NCBI GenBank assembly: GCA_964270895.1
Contig: OZ185437.1
Source: Podarcis filfolensis
Taxonomy: Eukaryota
Direction: 5' to 3' (one strand)
Length of the DNA: 64,000 bases
Position 1 is the first letter of the stretch, and every line of letters begins with the position of its first letter. The position numbers and the translations under genes are program-made. The notes beneath the pieces were generated by a model. The model saw only the letters and a list, made by a program, of their open reading frames with translations. It made no database searches and was not told the DNA's origin. Shown one piece after another: positions 1-12,759 of this stretch.

Positions 1-1249
1 TTTTAATAGCTATATAGATTTCATAGATCATATTTAATAGGAAGATGTTCTAAAAATTGAGAAAGCTAATTACTTGTAGGTTAATAATTGACTTGCTTAA
101 ATTTAACTATCTTTCCGGGCTTGCCTGTGATTAAAATCATTTTGTTAATTTCTATTTTCAGTAAAAAAAAAAATCAGTTGCTAATGAATTCAAATGAATA
201 GCAGCTACTTTCGAGATTTAACATGAAAGCTAAAATTGTAGGAATACTGTTAGCTCATCGTGTCCTTTATAAAATAGTAGCACTGTTTATCTACGTAACT
301 GAGCTTGCCATCTGATATTACAAACTACCAAGAGCTATTTATGCACTTCTGTTTATTATTTTCATTCAATAACCTCTCACCAGGGGAAAAACCTGTTGTT
401 TCTGGCTGACCTAAGAAAAAGTCTAAATTAGCCAGAGGAGGTAAAGTTTATGGATAATACAGATCTTCTTAATTTTCTTCCATTTCTGCTTTTTGTGTTT
501 TCCACCATGTTGCCCTGGCCGGGAATTAGGAATGAGATAGACATTTGTTCAGTTCCCCAATTCATGCTTCTCAACTAATATGAACAAATGTTTGTTTATT
601 CAATCAATCTTTCAATCAACCTATCAATATACAAACTAAAATACTGCTGTCCTTTGAAATTTGCAATTTTCCGAATTTTGGAAGTCAGTTCACAACCAAA
701 AAAGGCATTATATATTCGGGGAAAGTATGCACAAAAGAATAAAAATAATGACCATGAATACATTATATTACAGGAAATATCTTGTAAAAATGTGTATTTA
801 AGGTAAAATTGCATTTCATGAAATGCACATGAAAATGATTTTGTAAATGATCATCATCTGATGTGGAAATGGGGAATAATGAAATGATAAAAAGTAAAAT
901 GGAAATATGCATCTAACCCTACTTGGAGCAATCTTCAGTCACAACTACCCTACTCTTCTCTTAAACCCATCATTTATTGGAACTAAGTGCACATTAAATT
1001 CAGCAGTGATGCCCAGTTTGGATCCATTCTGAATCCATCTGCAGTGTTATGAAAAATGTCTAAAAGCCTAAAGCAGCATCTTGCTTCTTCACAGTGCTAG
1101 TGACTCCAGCATCCCAATATCAAATAATTTCATTGAGAGGGTAGTTCACAAAATATTCAGCAAAGATTTTAGTTGTGAACTCTGGATTTTGAGACTCAAA
1201 CTTGATTCTAATTTAGAAAGGAATTTGCCATTAAAATGTGATTGTGACG

Positions 1250-1380
1250 TGTTGGACTAGAACTTGGTAGGTCAGTGTTCAAATCCCCACTCAGCCATGA
1301 AGCTCACTGGGTGATCTTGAGCATCCACTGTCTTGCAGCCTAACCTACCTCACAGGGTTGTTGTGGAAAGGCACACAACA
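1250..1380 (+). mobile_element. MIR/CORE-like tRNA-derived SINE fragment (squamate type)
   Basis: gttggactag...gttcaaatccccactcagccatgaagctcactgggtgatcttg...cagcctaacctacctcacagggttgttgtg; B-box-like gttcaaatcc. Ends approximate. Confidence 0.7.
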
Positions 1381-2904
1381 GTGAGATTCTTGGAAGAGAG
1401 AATAGAGATGTAATAATAACTATTAAAACCATTACTAAACTATATTACAGTTGCCACATACAGATTGTTCCTTCATATCTGCTGTCAGATACAGGGTTGT
1501 ATTTTAATTTTTTTCAACAAGAACCCGCAGAGTGCAGACTACAAAAGAAGACACTGGAATCCTAGACATGCTGTGCTGCCTGTAATACATATGCTAGAAC
1601 TAGACCTCTGTCTGGGGCACCAAGTACGGATGTTTTAAACTGATGTTTCAGTGCCTGCTAATGATGCTTATCCCATGGCCAAAGTGATTAGCCCACCCTG
1701 GAAAATCCATAGCCACATTTTCAGCTGTGACTATGTAATTAAGAAGGAAGAAAAATATTTGATAAGAGTTGAATGGTGGAGACAGAAGGAAAATGTCTTC
1801 CTGACAATATTTTCTTTATCGTAGCGGACTTTGTCATTTCTGGGCACCATGCCTACAAGTTCATATATCTGCTTTCCTTCTGAATATATTTGAAATTGAT
1901 ACCACCAGCGATGCATTATTGCCTTGATTGATCTTCATTCAATTTGGGAAGAAGCTCAAGTATTACAAAATGATTTCACACTGATGGTTCTGCTTGCATC
2001 ACTTTTGTGGAGGTCATCTCCTCTCTGTTCCCATGAATGGCAAATGATTTCAAGTGGCCACAGAAAGCACTTGTCGAATGATTGAAATATTTGCATCCTG
2101 TGCATAATACCACCAAACAGGAGATGAACTTTGCAATACCTATAAATGGCTGAGAAGTCTCAGGCTGAAATGAAAGCCTGCTGGATATTTATTGCTGCAC
2201 TGACTTCCGTGTGATTCTTGCTGAAAATACTTACCGGAAGCATGATGTGTCGTCAACTGTTGATGACAATTTTATTTCACTGTTGATTATGTATAATTTG
2301 TGAACACAATATGGTGCGTTCTTTTGTCTTCAGGGGTGCTAAACAGGATTTTTTGGGCCCAGTATGTTGTGTGTGGATTGCTGCACTCTGCTGCACTTGC
2401 AAAAGAAGACACACATTTACATAACATTTGCATACACTTTACATCATATGCAAATGTGTGCCTTCTTTTGCAGATGGGATTTATCCAAAAATAAATCAGG
2501 GCTCACACACAAGTAATAAGATGCCCAACAGGCAGAATATCAAGAGTTGAAGCTTTCCCATAATTGCATACTAGCAATGCCTACCACATCACTGTTAAAG
2601 GCATGCAAGTCTTAGTCTCCTGCAGTGCCAACCCTCAACCATGCACAGAACCCAAGTTTCATGAGCTGTAAATCAGTTTATGATACCACAGCTCTTTCAT
2701 CTGCTGGTCTTACATTGCCAATACTACATTCAATGCAAGACCAGGCATTTCAGATGGAGGGAGTAAAATGTAATTCAATCCTGTTCAGATGCTCATGAGC
2801 TATTTCAGTATTCACACTTACTTCCTATTATTTATTTACCTCACCATTTTTATACTACCTTTCATATGACATCACAAGGCAGTACCAGCATTGTACGATC
2901 TATC

Positions 2905-3135
2905 ACTCATGAGGCAGACTGAGGCAGCCAACATGGGTGGGGGACACTCCTCCTGCCCTTGCTGACACACCAGAAGTGAAAAATGGCAGCATTGGCTTCA
3001 GCAAGATCTTATGGAATGGTCACGAAATCTCACTGGAAGGCTTTGGTGGCGGGGGGATGGGGCGGGCAGGAAATGGCACCTTCCCATTTTGCCTCAGGTA
3101 GTGAAATGCTGTGGGCTCCCTTTGAGTACCAGAAA
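2905..3135. mobile_element. Degraded hAT-like non-autonomous DNA element
   Basis: Shares catgaggca..tgaggcagc and ttttgcctcaggtagtgaaatg blocks with the element at 58730-58925. No clear TSD. Confidence 0.4.
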
Positions 3136-3599
3136 AAGCCTAGGTACAAAAATAAAAACACTAGAACAGCAATAATATGAGTGTTGGGATTACACTCCTC
3201 CCACATTGCAGATGTGTGGGATTATTGCATGTCAAATGTCTGTTTACACTCCAGCACAGATTGCTGGAGTCCCGTGAGCGGAACATCCGCGCTGTATTGC
3301 TTTTGTTTTCTCTCTCTCTGAGAAGAATGTCAAGGAGAGAGGCCATGTTTTTCTTTGTCCTGATTTATGTATAATAAATGCATAGTTTAGTTTGGTATCT
3401 ATGCCTCGAGCCTGATCTGTTGTGCAGTTTACACTGCTGAGGAAATGTGTGCTCCTGCTAAATAGCTGGAGTCACAGATACAAGTCGGAGGAGGATAACT
3501 GATGGCTCTTTGCAGCGGCAAGGCTAAGAAGGGAGATGCTCCGGCTGGGATCAAGCCAGCTGGTTTCCACCCCCAGTTCCAACAATGAGTACCTGTCTG

Positions 3600-3710
3600 A
3601 GATCAAGAGGGAGGTGATTCCACAGTGAGGGTGCCACCATAAAAGACCATTTTTTCCTGGTTGCTACTAAATGCATCTCCCCGAAATTCAGCACTGCCAG
3701 GAGGGCTTTA
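3600..3710 (-). mobile_element. Old L2 3' fragment
   Basis: ggtgattccacagtgagggtgccaccataaaagacc resembles the reverse complement of the L2 3' coding end seen in the other L2 copies here. Confidence 0.35.
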
Positions 3711-3724
3711 TTGAACAATCAAGT

Positions 3725-3982
3725 GGGACAAGGGTGGCGCTGTGGTCTAAACCACTGAGCCTCTTGGGCTTGCTAATCGGAAGGTTGGTGGTTCGAATCC
3801 CTGCGATGGGGTGAGCTCCCGTTGCTCTGTTCCAGCTCCTGCCAACCTAGCAGTTTGAAAGCACGTCAAAGTGCAAGTGGACAAACACCAGCTCCCTCGG
3901 CCTGAAAGCGAGATGAGCACCACAAGCCCATAATCACCTTTGACTGCACTTCACTGTCCGGGGTCCTTTACCTTTTTTTTAC
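3725..3982 (+). mobile_element. Sauria SINE with internal deletion
   Basis: 5' gggacaagggtggcgctgtggtctaaacc, B box ggttcgaatcc, tail ctttaccttt. 14-bp TSD tattgaacaatcaa at 3709-3722 and 3983-3996. Confidence 0.93.
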
Positions 3983-4006
3983 CTATTGAACAATCAAAGC
4001 CAGCAA

Positions 4007-4009
<3 letters not shown>

Positions 4010-4042
<33 letters not shown>

Positions 4043-4050
4043 GACACACA
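4010..4050. repeat. (CA)n microsatellite
   Basis: Read directly. Confidence 0.95.
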
Positions 4051-4415
4051 GTGTACCTATTCATGTTTAGCCTGCCATAGCTCTTTCTTCTTCTTCTTTT
4101 TTGCCTTTGCTCTGGCCAAATCTGATGCACAGATGGGAACACAGCATGACCTTTTCTCATACTTTCTCTAGGCTGGTGATATTTAACCTGTACGTGAATG
4201 GAAGATTCCAGGAACAGCAGTTTAATAACATTGGCCAGCCTCGTTCTTTTGAAGAGAACACTTAAATCCTGTTTTCTACGTCTGTAGTGCAGTGGTGGTG
4301 GAATGTGAACTCCTCTTACATAAGGAACTCCTCCAAACTATTTTTAAATGCTATTTGGACTTTTGGGGAAAGCTGCTTGCATCCTACAACGCCAACACTG
4401 GGCTTAAAACAAATG

Positions 4416-4459
<44 letters not shown>
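4416..4459. repeat. (GA)n microsatellite
   Basis: Read directly. Confidence 0.95.
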
Positions 4460-4461
<2 letters not shown>

Positions 4462-5264
4462 AAAAATCCAGCTTTGGAACACTTTGATCTATAAAGGAAT
4501 CCAGAAATTTACTTACATAGTCAAGAATGTGACTGGCTTGACTTTTGTATTATGTTACACATCATGGTTTAGGCATCTTGTTTGCCTTACAAGGTTTTAC
4601 AGGCAACATCGGGGATGTTGTCCTGCGCTGCTGTAGTAACTATGAGTGCAGCTAAACAGCTGATTTAATGAGGTAGGAATTTAGCACAATGCTGTATTCA
4701 AAGAATTCAGGCACCAAAGGCCAGTTGTCAGCAGTATTTCCCTCTGGCTGTATATCCACAAGCAAAACAACTTTCCATATTATCTTAACCCAAATGTCAA
4801 TTACATTATGGTTGCAAATTATACATTCTCAGATTCATCGACTTTCCCTCCTTTTTATGGCATACTTAGAGAAATTATCTTCACATCCATAAATGCATGC
4901 TGTAAATAATCTCCTGAAAACATTAAGTGATTAAAAAATAAAATAAAATAAATACTACAAAGCAATTGCAAATGGATAGCAAAATCTCGGTAGAAATAAA
5001 GTGGTATTATTTCCTAAAACATTTCCTGCTATCCAATATAAGCAGTTTCCCAGCATATGATTGCACCAGTTTCTCTGCTGTCCATGCAGTAAATGTCTCT
5101 GAGAGCATTAAAGCTATTGGTTGATTTCTTCCACACTGGAGTGGCAGCCGTTGCATCGTGAGCAAGCAAAAGGGGTCTGGGGCAAGAACGAAGAGCAAGG
5201 CTTTCAAGGTGGAATTTCACCTGGGGCAACCAGTGGCTGGACTCAGTAGACCATCTTCACAATG

Positions 5265-5750
5265 TTGTTTGTTTATTATTTATTGGATTTATATACTGCC
5301 CTGTACCCAGAGGCCTCAGGGCAGTTCACAGAAAAGATCACAATGTATAAAATAAATATAAGTGCCAAAAACAATAACCCAATAACACCCCATCCCCCCA
5401 AAAAAGTCACATTTTAAAAGGGTATAGGGTGTCAATCAGGTCAACCAAAGGCCTGGTTAAAAAGGGGTGTTTTTGCACGGTGCTTAAAGGTGTATAATGA
5501 AGGTATCAGGTGAACTTCCCTGGGGAGAGCATTCCACAGACGGGGAGCCACTGCAGAGAAGGCCCGTTCTCATGTTGCCACCTTCTGGACCTCTCGAGGA
5601 GGAGCTACATGAAAATGCCTCAGAAAATGATCTCAGGGTCCGGGTAGGTTCATATGGAAAGGGGTCGTCCTTGAGGTATTGTGGTCCTGAGGCTTTATAG
5701 GTCAAAATCAGCACTTTGAATTGGGCCCAGAAACCAATTGGTAGCCAAGA
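5265..5750 (-). mobile_element. L2 LINE 3' fragment
   Basis: Minus-strand ORF 5484-5714 LILTYKASGPQYLKDDPFPYEPTRTLRS resembles the L2 ORF2 C-terminus (LTFKALHGxGPxYLKDxLxPYxPxRxLRS); the 3' tail with ttattatttatt lies at the left end. Confidence 0.85.
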
Positions 5751-5797
5751 TATGAAATACTCAAGTCATTGCAACCACATTTCAGTGCCATTTTCAT

Positions 5798-5975
5798 CAG
5801 GCCAATGACCCATCTAGTCTGTTCTCACAGTGGCCAACCAGGTGCCTATGAGAAGCGCACACGCAGGGCCTGAGCACAGCAGCACTCTTCCCATTTGTGA
5901 CTCTCCGCAAGCGACCTTCAGAGACTTATTGCCCCAAACAGTGCAGGCAGGACTCAGCCACTGTGACTAGTAGAG
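5798..5975 (-). mobile_element. CR1 3' fragment (ctagatgggccattggcctga-type tail)
   Basis: tcaggccaatgacccatctagtc...tgttctcacagtggccaacc is the reverse complement of the tail at 40210-40279. Confidence 0.75.
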
Positions 5976-6012
5976 AAGTGATCCTATTACTACAGATTCC
6001 CAAAGCTTATTT

Positions 6013-6148
6013 CAGGCTTCCTCAACCTCGGCCCTCCAGATGTTTTGAGACTACAATTCCCACCATCCCTGACCACTGGTCCTGCTAGCTAGGGATCATG
6101 GGAGTTGTAGGCCAAAAACATCTGGAGGGCCAAGGTTGAGGAAGCCTG
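6013..6148. mobile_element. hAT-type MITE (palindromic)
   Basis: TIRs caggcttcctcaacct(c/t)ggccctccagatgtttt; perfect 8-bp TSD gcttattt (6005-6012, 6149-6156). Confidence 0.95.
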
Positions 6149-6354
6149 GCTTATTTTCTTCATCTGATGTAAAATGTTAAAAAAAAAAAAAGCATATCCT
6201 TCTAGGATTGCCAGCTTTTTCATGCTCTGTGATGTGCCTGAACCCAAAGCAAATTCACTGTGTGAAGCTTGAGAAAAATGTAACTTGCTTAAGTTATTCA
6301 TCCCGAGCTGCTGCTGAAAGCATACGTATGGGACAGCGCATTGATGGGTTGGAC

Positions 6355-6496
6355 CCATATGATAGCTCAGCCAGTAGAGCATAAGATTCTTAACCACATG
6401 GTCATGGGTTCAAGCCCAATGTTGGACAAAAGATTCCTGCATTGCAGGGGGCTGAACGAGACGATCCTTGTGGTCCCTTCCAACTCGATGATTCTA
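6355..6496 (+). mobile_element. SINE with tRNA-Lys(CUU)-derived head and CR1-derived 3' tail
   Basis: gatagctcagccagtagagcataagattcttaaccacatggtcatgggttcaagccc aligns to vertebrate tRNA-Lys(CUU), with ctt retained in the anticodon loop. It is followed by the CR1 tail gattcctgcattgcagggg...ggtcccttccaactc...tgattcta. Confidence 0.8.
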
Positions 6497-6829
6497 ATCC
6501 AATTATTAAGGTAGAGTTGCTAGAATGGAAACCTTTATAGTGGTTAGGATCTCAAGTTAGGCTTGCTTAAGAGCTTGGGTATGCTCATTGTGACATTGTT
6601 CTAAAAAGAATAGGAGGGCCACACCCTATCCCCTATCACAAACTATTGTTTAAGTTTGCATGGGAAACTATTCTGGAAACGCACACTGAAAGCCAGCTTT
6701 GGGTGCATGGAACCAGTTGTATGGTTCTATGTATCCCAGAGACCCCAGTGCTGCTGCAGAACATGATTTTGCTGGCCTGACTTGCTATTCATAGGATGCT
6801 AGTGTAGCATGAGCTCAAGTCATTGCACC

Positions 6830-6960
6830 ATGGCTAAAGAACCTGTAGTCTTCCCAAAGTTCTTGGATTCCATTTGTCTCAGACAGCATGCCTCATGCCT
6901 AGGCATAATGGGAGTTGTAGTACAGCAACAGCTTGAGGGCCCCTGCATTATTCCTAGCCA
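6830..6960. mobile_element. Degraded MITE (gggagttgtagt family)
   Basis: atgggagttgtagtacagcaacagcttgagggccc core resembles the MITEs at 6013 and 18824. Confidence 0.5.
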
Positions 6961-8829
6961 TATAATCCTAGGTGGAATCCTATACCTACATACCTGGTGG
7001 TATGCTCCAGTGAACTGGAGTGGGACTTATTTATGAGTAGACATCAATAGGAAATGCTCTGTAACACAACCAATTATACAGGCAGCTATATATTCCATAA
7101 TTGCTCCCCTAGAAAACTGTACTTGATTTCATCTATTAAACAGAGAGGTAAAAGTCTCTGGCTCCATTTAGCAGTCCTTTGAGCAACAGGGTGCATAATT
7201 AGCTTTGCAATTCCCTTTTTTAATGTTGGATAATTTGTTAGCCTTAAATCATTGTATTTTAATTTATTTTCAAAACATTAAATATTAAATATGGTACCAC
7301 ATGACCCCCTAGATGTGATTAATACAAGTAATGATAAAGCAGGCATATAATTAAATATCCCTTCCATAAATAGACTGCAGAAGGAAGCAGCCATTAAAAT
7401 AACATTATATTATTGAGAGGGGAAGCATTAGTGCACTCAGTCTTAATTCTGAACAACAGATACCCAACAAGATTTTTTTATTTTTTTCCTGTGGCTGTTG
7501 AAAACTATTTATAGGGCAGTATAATTACATGAGCTGGGAAAGAGCTACAGTGTTTTCCAAACAAGAAGCCTCGGAGAGATCAGCCATGCTCCTGTGGCTG
7601 TTAGATTGCAGGCGCTACATGTATTACTCTCCAAGTGAGATGTTGACCTGCTACTTACTTGCAAAATTTAAGGAGGTCAGAACAGCAGAACTTGGCCCTA
7701 GGTGATGAGGGTCATGCTTGTGTGCTTCTTCAAGCCACCAAGGAATATCTCCAGCAGCAGATACACATTATTCCTTTGTTGTTGACGGAAAAGCAGCCAG
7801 AGGGCCCTCAATCTTGCACCACGCTCCCAATTCTGAACCATGTTCTGATCCAGAGATCTGGTATCTGGTGGAAAATTGCCTCCCACCCTTGGCTGCTATT
7901 TACAGCAAAGACCAGCCTTGCAGGTAGAGAAAGGTTGTTTGGGGGATGGGAGGATTTTCAACTAGAAGCCATCATGAGAACAAGATGGAGAGTGCAGAGT
8001 TGACTGGGACCTCATGGCTGCCTTCCCTTCAAAACAAAAGTGGTATCATCAAACATTATTTTATTTTTTAAGTGTGACTAACCGTGTGTAGTGTGGACCC
8101 AAGCCATGCCTACCAGGGCAGGGCATCTGTTGTTAGCTAACACAAAGGAGCATGTAGACCTTCTCCAGGCAATTGTTCAGATCAGAGGAGAGGATCCGCT
8201 GGTTTCTGCGCTGAGCCAAGATGTTTTGCATAGGCTAGGACAGAGAGCAGGGAGCATGGGTTTTCTGCTCTTCCATTCAAACCAGAGAAGCACAGACACC
8301 AGAATTGAGGTTAGTCAGAGAAAGGAAAAGAAGAGTCATGTTCCTTTGTCCACTCAAGACTTGTATCACTCCAATGCCTGCAACAAAACTCATGGATCCA
8401 CTGCTGTCTCTCAATTGTTGTTGAGTGAAATCATTACCAATCTAGCCCACATGCAATGGACAAGTAAGCTGTTGTCTAGTGCCTGTTCTGCTGCTTGTCA
8501 CCAGTTTCGTCATAGGTGGGCTAGGAATGCTAAAAGAACTCAGTCTTTCTGAATGTCCTGACCTGTACCTTCAGAACTACAGGGTGGATCTCATCCTAGC
8601 TATTCAATGAACTTCAAACATCATAATGGTTTTAATGGTACTCTCAGCAGTTTTTAAATATATCCAAATTTGCATTTAAATACATGCATGGATATGCATG
8701 GGAAAAGAAAATATGATTTTAAATGTATAGTTTGATACAAAATATCAGTTTTAATGCATGTTAAATTACAGATCAATGAGGAACAGAACTTCAGATAACA
8801 CAAACCAGAAAGTCAGCTTCATCTATCTC

Positions 8830-9173
8830 TAAAGGTAAAGGGACCTCTGACCATTAAGTCCAGTTGCGGACGACTCTGGGGTTGCACGTTCATCTCGCTC
8901 TATAGGCCGAGGAAACCGACGTTTGTCTGCAGACAGCTTCCGGGTCATGTGGCCAGCATGACTAAGCCACTTCTGGCGAACCAGAGCAGCGCACGGAAAC
9001 GCCGTTTACCTTCCCACCGGAGTGGTACCTATTTATCTACTTGCATTTTGATGTGCTTTTGAACTGCTAGATTGGCAGGAGCAGGGACCGAGCAACGGGA
9101 TTTGAACCGCCAACCTTATGATCAGCAAGCCCAAGAGGCTCAGTGGTTTAGACCACAGCACCACCCATGTCCC
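8830..9173 (-). mobile_element. Sauria SINE, near full length
   Basis: Tail taaaggtaaaggg at left, head ...accacagcaccacccatgtccc at right. TSD tcatctatctc / tcatccatctc (10/11). Confidence 0.95.
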
Positions 9174-9962
9174 CTCATCCATCTCGAGGTACATTTTATT
9201 TATTTCTCCAGCAAGATCTATATACCACTAACTGAATTCCCCTGCCCCTCAAAAAACCCACACCTGAAAGCTGTTTACATAAAACTGAGCTGTTCTAGAC
9301 CACTACTTGAACTTGTGTCAAGCTGTTTAATGTCAGCTATTGGATCCTGTGTTGTCAAGCAGATTTTAATTGTAAAATATTCATTCTCTGCTTTTCTTTA
9401 TTAACCCCCCCCCAATCGGGCCATTGCAGTATTTGCCATAGCCTAATTGGAATTAGATGTATAGTTCTCACCTATTATTACAGGAACATCTAATAAACAA
9501 ACTTCACAGAAAACTTGAATGAGCAGATGATGGTGGTAAATCATACATGAATAGCAGTTTCCATAAAATGTGATCAGTTTCAGGGCTTGCAACAGCCATA
9601 TATTTGTGGGCCTGAGATCTCCCAAATAAATAAATAAATATATACCATTGAAAAATATAATTACAATCCTTTCTGTAGCTCAACAGGAAGCGAGAGAATC
9701 CTCATCCTTCTGGCAATGCAAAGCTTAAAATAGTAAACAACAGTAGACTGATTTCTGAATGCGTTAAGCATGGCATTTTCATCTCTTTAATTTCCACTTG
9801 TTCCTGGAAACCTTTGAGTGTGCAATGGCAAAAGAACTGCAGCTTTATTTTCTGGTTAAATATTACAAATATTAATAATTCATGTGTGGACTATATATTA
9901 TTAATCTTGTTTAGCAGCTAGACAGAAGCTGTGTGCAAGTGGCTGTGGTTAAAGAGACTCAC

Positions 9963-10074
9963 AGCTCTTTCCCAACAGACGCAGAGAAAAGTACACCACA
10001 GTGTATGGGGCTACACTGGTACAAAATGGTCAGTGTGCTTTCATTGATGTGTGTGTCTATACACACAGCCTCTG
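9963..10074 (-). other. Candidate internal exon, gene unknown
   Basis: Acceptor tcttttccctctatcctttttatag, donor ct|gtgagt. One open frame, EAVCIDTHINESTLTILYQCSPIHCGVLFSASVGKE; no protein match recognised. Confidence 0.3.
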
Positions 10075-10261
10075 CTATAAAAAGGATAGAGGGAAAAGAC
10101 CGGTAGATTATTATTTTTCTTTTCTTTTCTGGATCGCAGTTCTAGCAACCAGTGTTATGTGTTTACTGACTGGTTGTTTTGAGTACATCTTTTTTCTGCT
10201 TTAGTGATAAACATTGCATGCAGAAAGTGCTGGGTTTTCCTTTCGTTTTAGAAGAATTATA

Positions 10262-10454
10262 CAGTGGTATCTCGGGTTACAGACGCTTCAGGTTATAGAC
10301 TCCGCTAACCCAGAAATAGTACCTCAGGTTAAGAACTTTGCTTCAGAATGAGAACAGAAATCGCACGGCTAAAGTGGTACCTCAGGTTAAGAACAGTTTC
10401 AGGTTAAGAATGGACCTCCAGAACGAATTAAGTTCTTAACCCGAGGTACCACTG
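10262..10454. mobile_element. Tc1/mariner-type MITE
   Basis: TIRs cagtggta(t/c)ctcgggtta / taacccgaggtaccactg; TA on both sides. Confidence 0.95.
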
Positions 10455-10790
10455 TATACGTTGGAGTTTGCATCAGCTCTGTGTGTGGGCCGAATAATTG
10501 CTAGGTTTCAACAATAAAATTGGTTGGCTTCTAGTTTATATATCTATATCTATAGCCAAGTAAAGAGGAGAGGGAAGCTTGGAAGCTGGAGCTGCCCCAC
10601 CACCCATTGTCTATCACATTCACATATAACTAGCATTGCTAAAGGGGGGTAAAATAAAACACGCAGGTGTCCTATTGGTAAAGGGGAAGAAAAGGTTCGC
10701 TATTTCATATGCAAGAGAATGGCTACGGATTATAAGTTTACCTCGTGAGAAAATGTTTCATGGTTGCCTTGTGCAAAGAGAGGGTGGGGA

Positions 10791-11080
10791 CAGGGCCGGA
10801 TTTAGATTTGATGAGGCCCTAAGATACTGAAGGTAAAGGGGCCCTTTTTATGTCCAGCTGTCCTTTGTCAACAACAAATTGTTGCTGGTTTTTGTGTTGA
10901 ATATATGCTATATGGTAATTTATGGACCTAAGAGGTATCTAAAGCCATTTGCACATAAAAATATATGTATTTTATCAAAGTAACTGTTGAATTGAAATAC
11001 AATTAAGAAGAAGTATGAGGGGGCAAGAGAGTGGGGCCCTAAGCTATAGCTTGTTTAGCTTATATGTAAATCTGGCACTG
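10791..11080. mobile_element. hAT-type non-autonomous element
   Basis: TIRs cagggccggattta / taaatctggcactg; 8-bp TSD ggtgggga / gatgggga (7/8). Confidence 0.88.
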
Positions 11081-12223
11081 GATGGGGAGCAGGAGAAAGG
11101 AGTGAAACTTGCTGAAATTGTTTAGTGGGAAACTTATTTGTTCATCTCAATCCTGCCCTCTAGTAATTGGAGCCATGCATTGTTGTTCTAACAAGCGTCC
11201 TTTGGGAAGGAGATGTGAGGACTCTAGGACCCTGTCAGAGCCCTCATGCCTCCTTCCCAAAACCCTGAGCTAGCTTTCCCCTTGGCTCAGCATCCAGTGC
11301 CTGCACACCACTCACACAACCCTAAATCTGTCCCCAATTGCCCTCAACATTGCCCCCCTCAGTATTTTATTGGGGAGCCAAAGGGACCTGGGCCCCTTAG
11401 AGTTGTTTCCTATGATGCTAAACAGCTACCTTTTACTGACTGCTGGGTTCTGTCCTAGCAAGTGGAAATAATGGGTACACAGGTCTTACTGGTGCTCCTG
11501 TGCCACGCATTGCTAACATAAAGTCATGTTACAATTTTCTAATTAACTATTACATAACTGCAAGCTATCACACATTCCCATACTCAACAGATGAAACTTT
11601 GGGGCCCCTTGCAATGTTTCATTTTGGAACAGGTTATAAGGTTTGAAGAGGTTTTAAGGATTCATTGAATGTGGTGTGAATACAACAAAAAGATGCATGC
11701 CATAGAGGTAGACTCTTTGGAGAGTGACGATTGGCTGCAGCTGCATGTTGAGTGTTCACTACGGCGTTGTTGTTGTCTGTAATTGTGAAAGCGCCCTGAT
11801 TCAGAGAGAGAAAGAGAACTATTCTCTGCACCAGAACTTGAATATGAAAGTTCCACTGTAGTTTTTAATCTTTGGACAAAATTGCTTGCGCCTCTATTTG
11901 TTTGGAGCTTAAGCATGTGTTGACACACAGGGGGGGAAATCTTTGCATTTTTTTAGTATGTAGGGAAAGGATGCAATAAACAGTAGCTGCTCTGATGGCT
12001 CATTGACATTTATTCATCCATTCTAATCACTTGACTTTGTGGAGGCAAAATGTAATATCAGAAGCTTAAGATCTGGAAGATTCCCTGCGTTTTTGCTACA
12101 GCCCCTTGTCTTTGCCCATCAACACCCACCCTATTCATCACGGAGCCTGTCAAAACTGACATCGCCTTAGGCAGCAAGAGGAGCGGACACAGTGGAATCT
12201 GAATGAAATGTCTTCATACTCAC

Positions 12224-12352
12224 CTTTAAGAATGGCAGCTATTCACCAGTCTTAGCATTTCAGACTTGCTTGTGACAAGGCTTCCATTTGTACTGAAGGT
12301 GCATTCCAAACAGATTTTTTTTTTCAAGGCCAGGATGGAAATATAGCTGTGC
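12224..12352 (-). other. Candidate non-coding exon
   Basis: Acceptor ctctttgtttcatttggtattttag, donor aag|gtgagt. All three frames contain a stop. Confidence 0.25.
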
Positions 12353-12585
12353 CTAAAATACCAAATGAAACAAAGAGGCAAAATTTAGTTTTCAACCAGT
12401 ATTGAGAGTTCAGGCTCACGCTGCTGTCTGCGATGAAAAGTTTTATCAAATGGAAACAGCATGAGTGAGGAGGTGTTTCTATATGCCCCTACAAGCCTTA
12501 GAGAGAGCTCTAAGTGCAAAATTGGGGGAAAGTATTATAAGGTCTGATCTTCTTGATGTTTAATCTTGTGATCTAGTCATAAGGT

Positions 12586-12759
12586 CAGAGGCAGATTTAG
12601 GGGAACGTGACTGGTTTGGTCACACAGGGCGCAGAGCCTCAGGGGTGCCACTGGGGATGCCATAACTGTTATTTAGAATGGAAAGAGAAAGATGAGTCTC
12701 CCAAATTTTGACACCACACAGGGCACCACTGAAATTTGAGACCCCAAGGTCCACCACTG
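12586..12759. mobile_element. Old hAT-like MITE
   Basis: Degenerate TIRs cagaggcagat / ggtccaccactg; possible TSD remnant ataaggt / atatggt. Confidence 0.5.

Noticed and set aside
3045-3070. G-quadruplex-like G runs (also 39228-39243, 57181-57198)
   Set aside because: Short G runs inside decayed repeats, with no associated functional context.
3951-4171. Lys-rich reading ...ARAKAKKKKKKELWQAKHE* and nearby ORFs
   Set aside because: Derived from a (ctt)n/poly-T low-complexity tract next to a (CA)n repeat; weak acceptor and no recognisable protein.
6355-6430. Functional tRNA-Lys gene
   Set aside because: Stems and B box are degraded (ggttcaagccc) and it is fused to a CR1 tail, so it is a SINE head. 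The same applies to the tRNA-Asn-like sequence at 50921-50987.
8091-8552. 153-aa ORF
   Set aside because: GTG start, no recognisable domain and no convincing splice boundaries.
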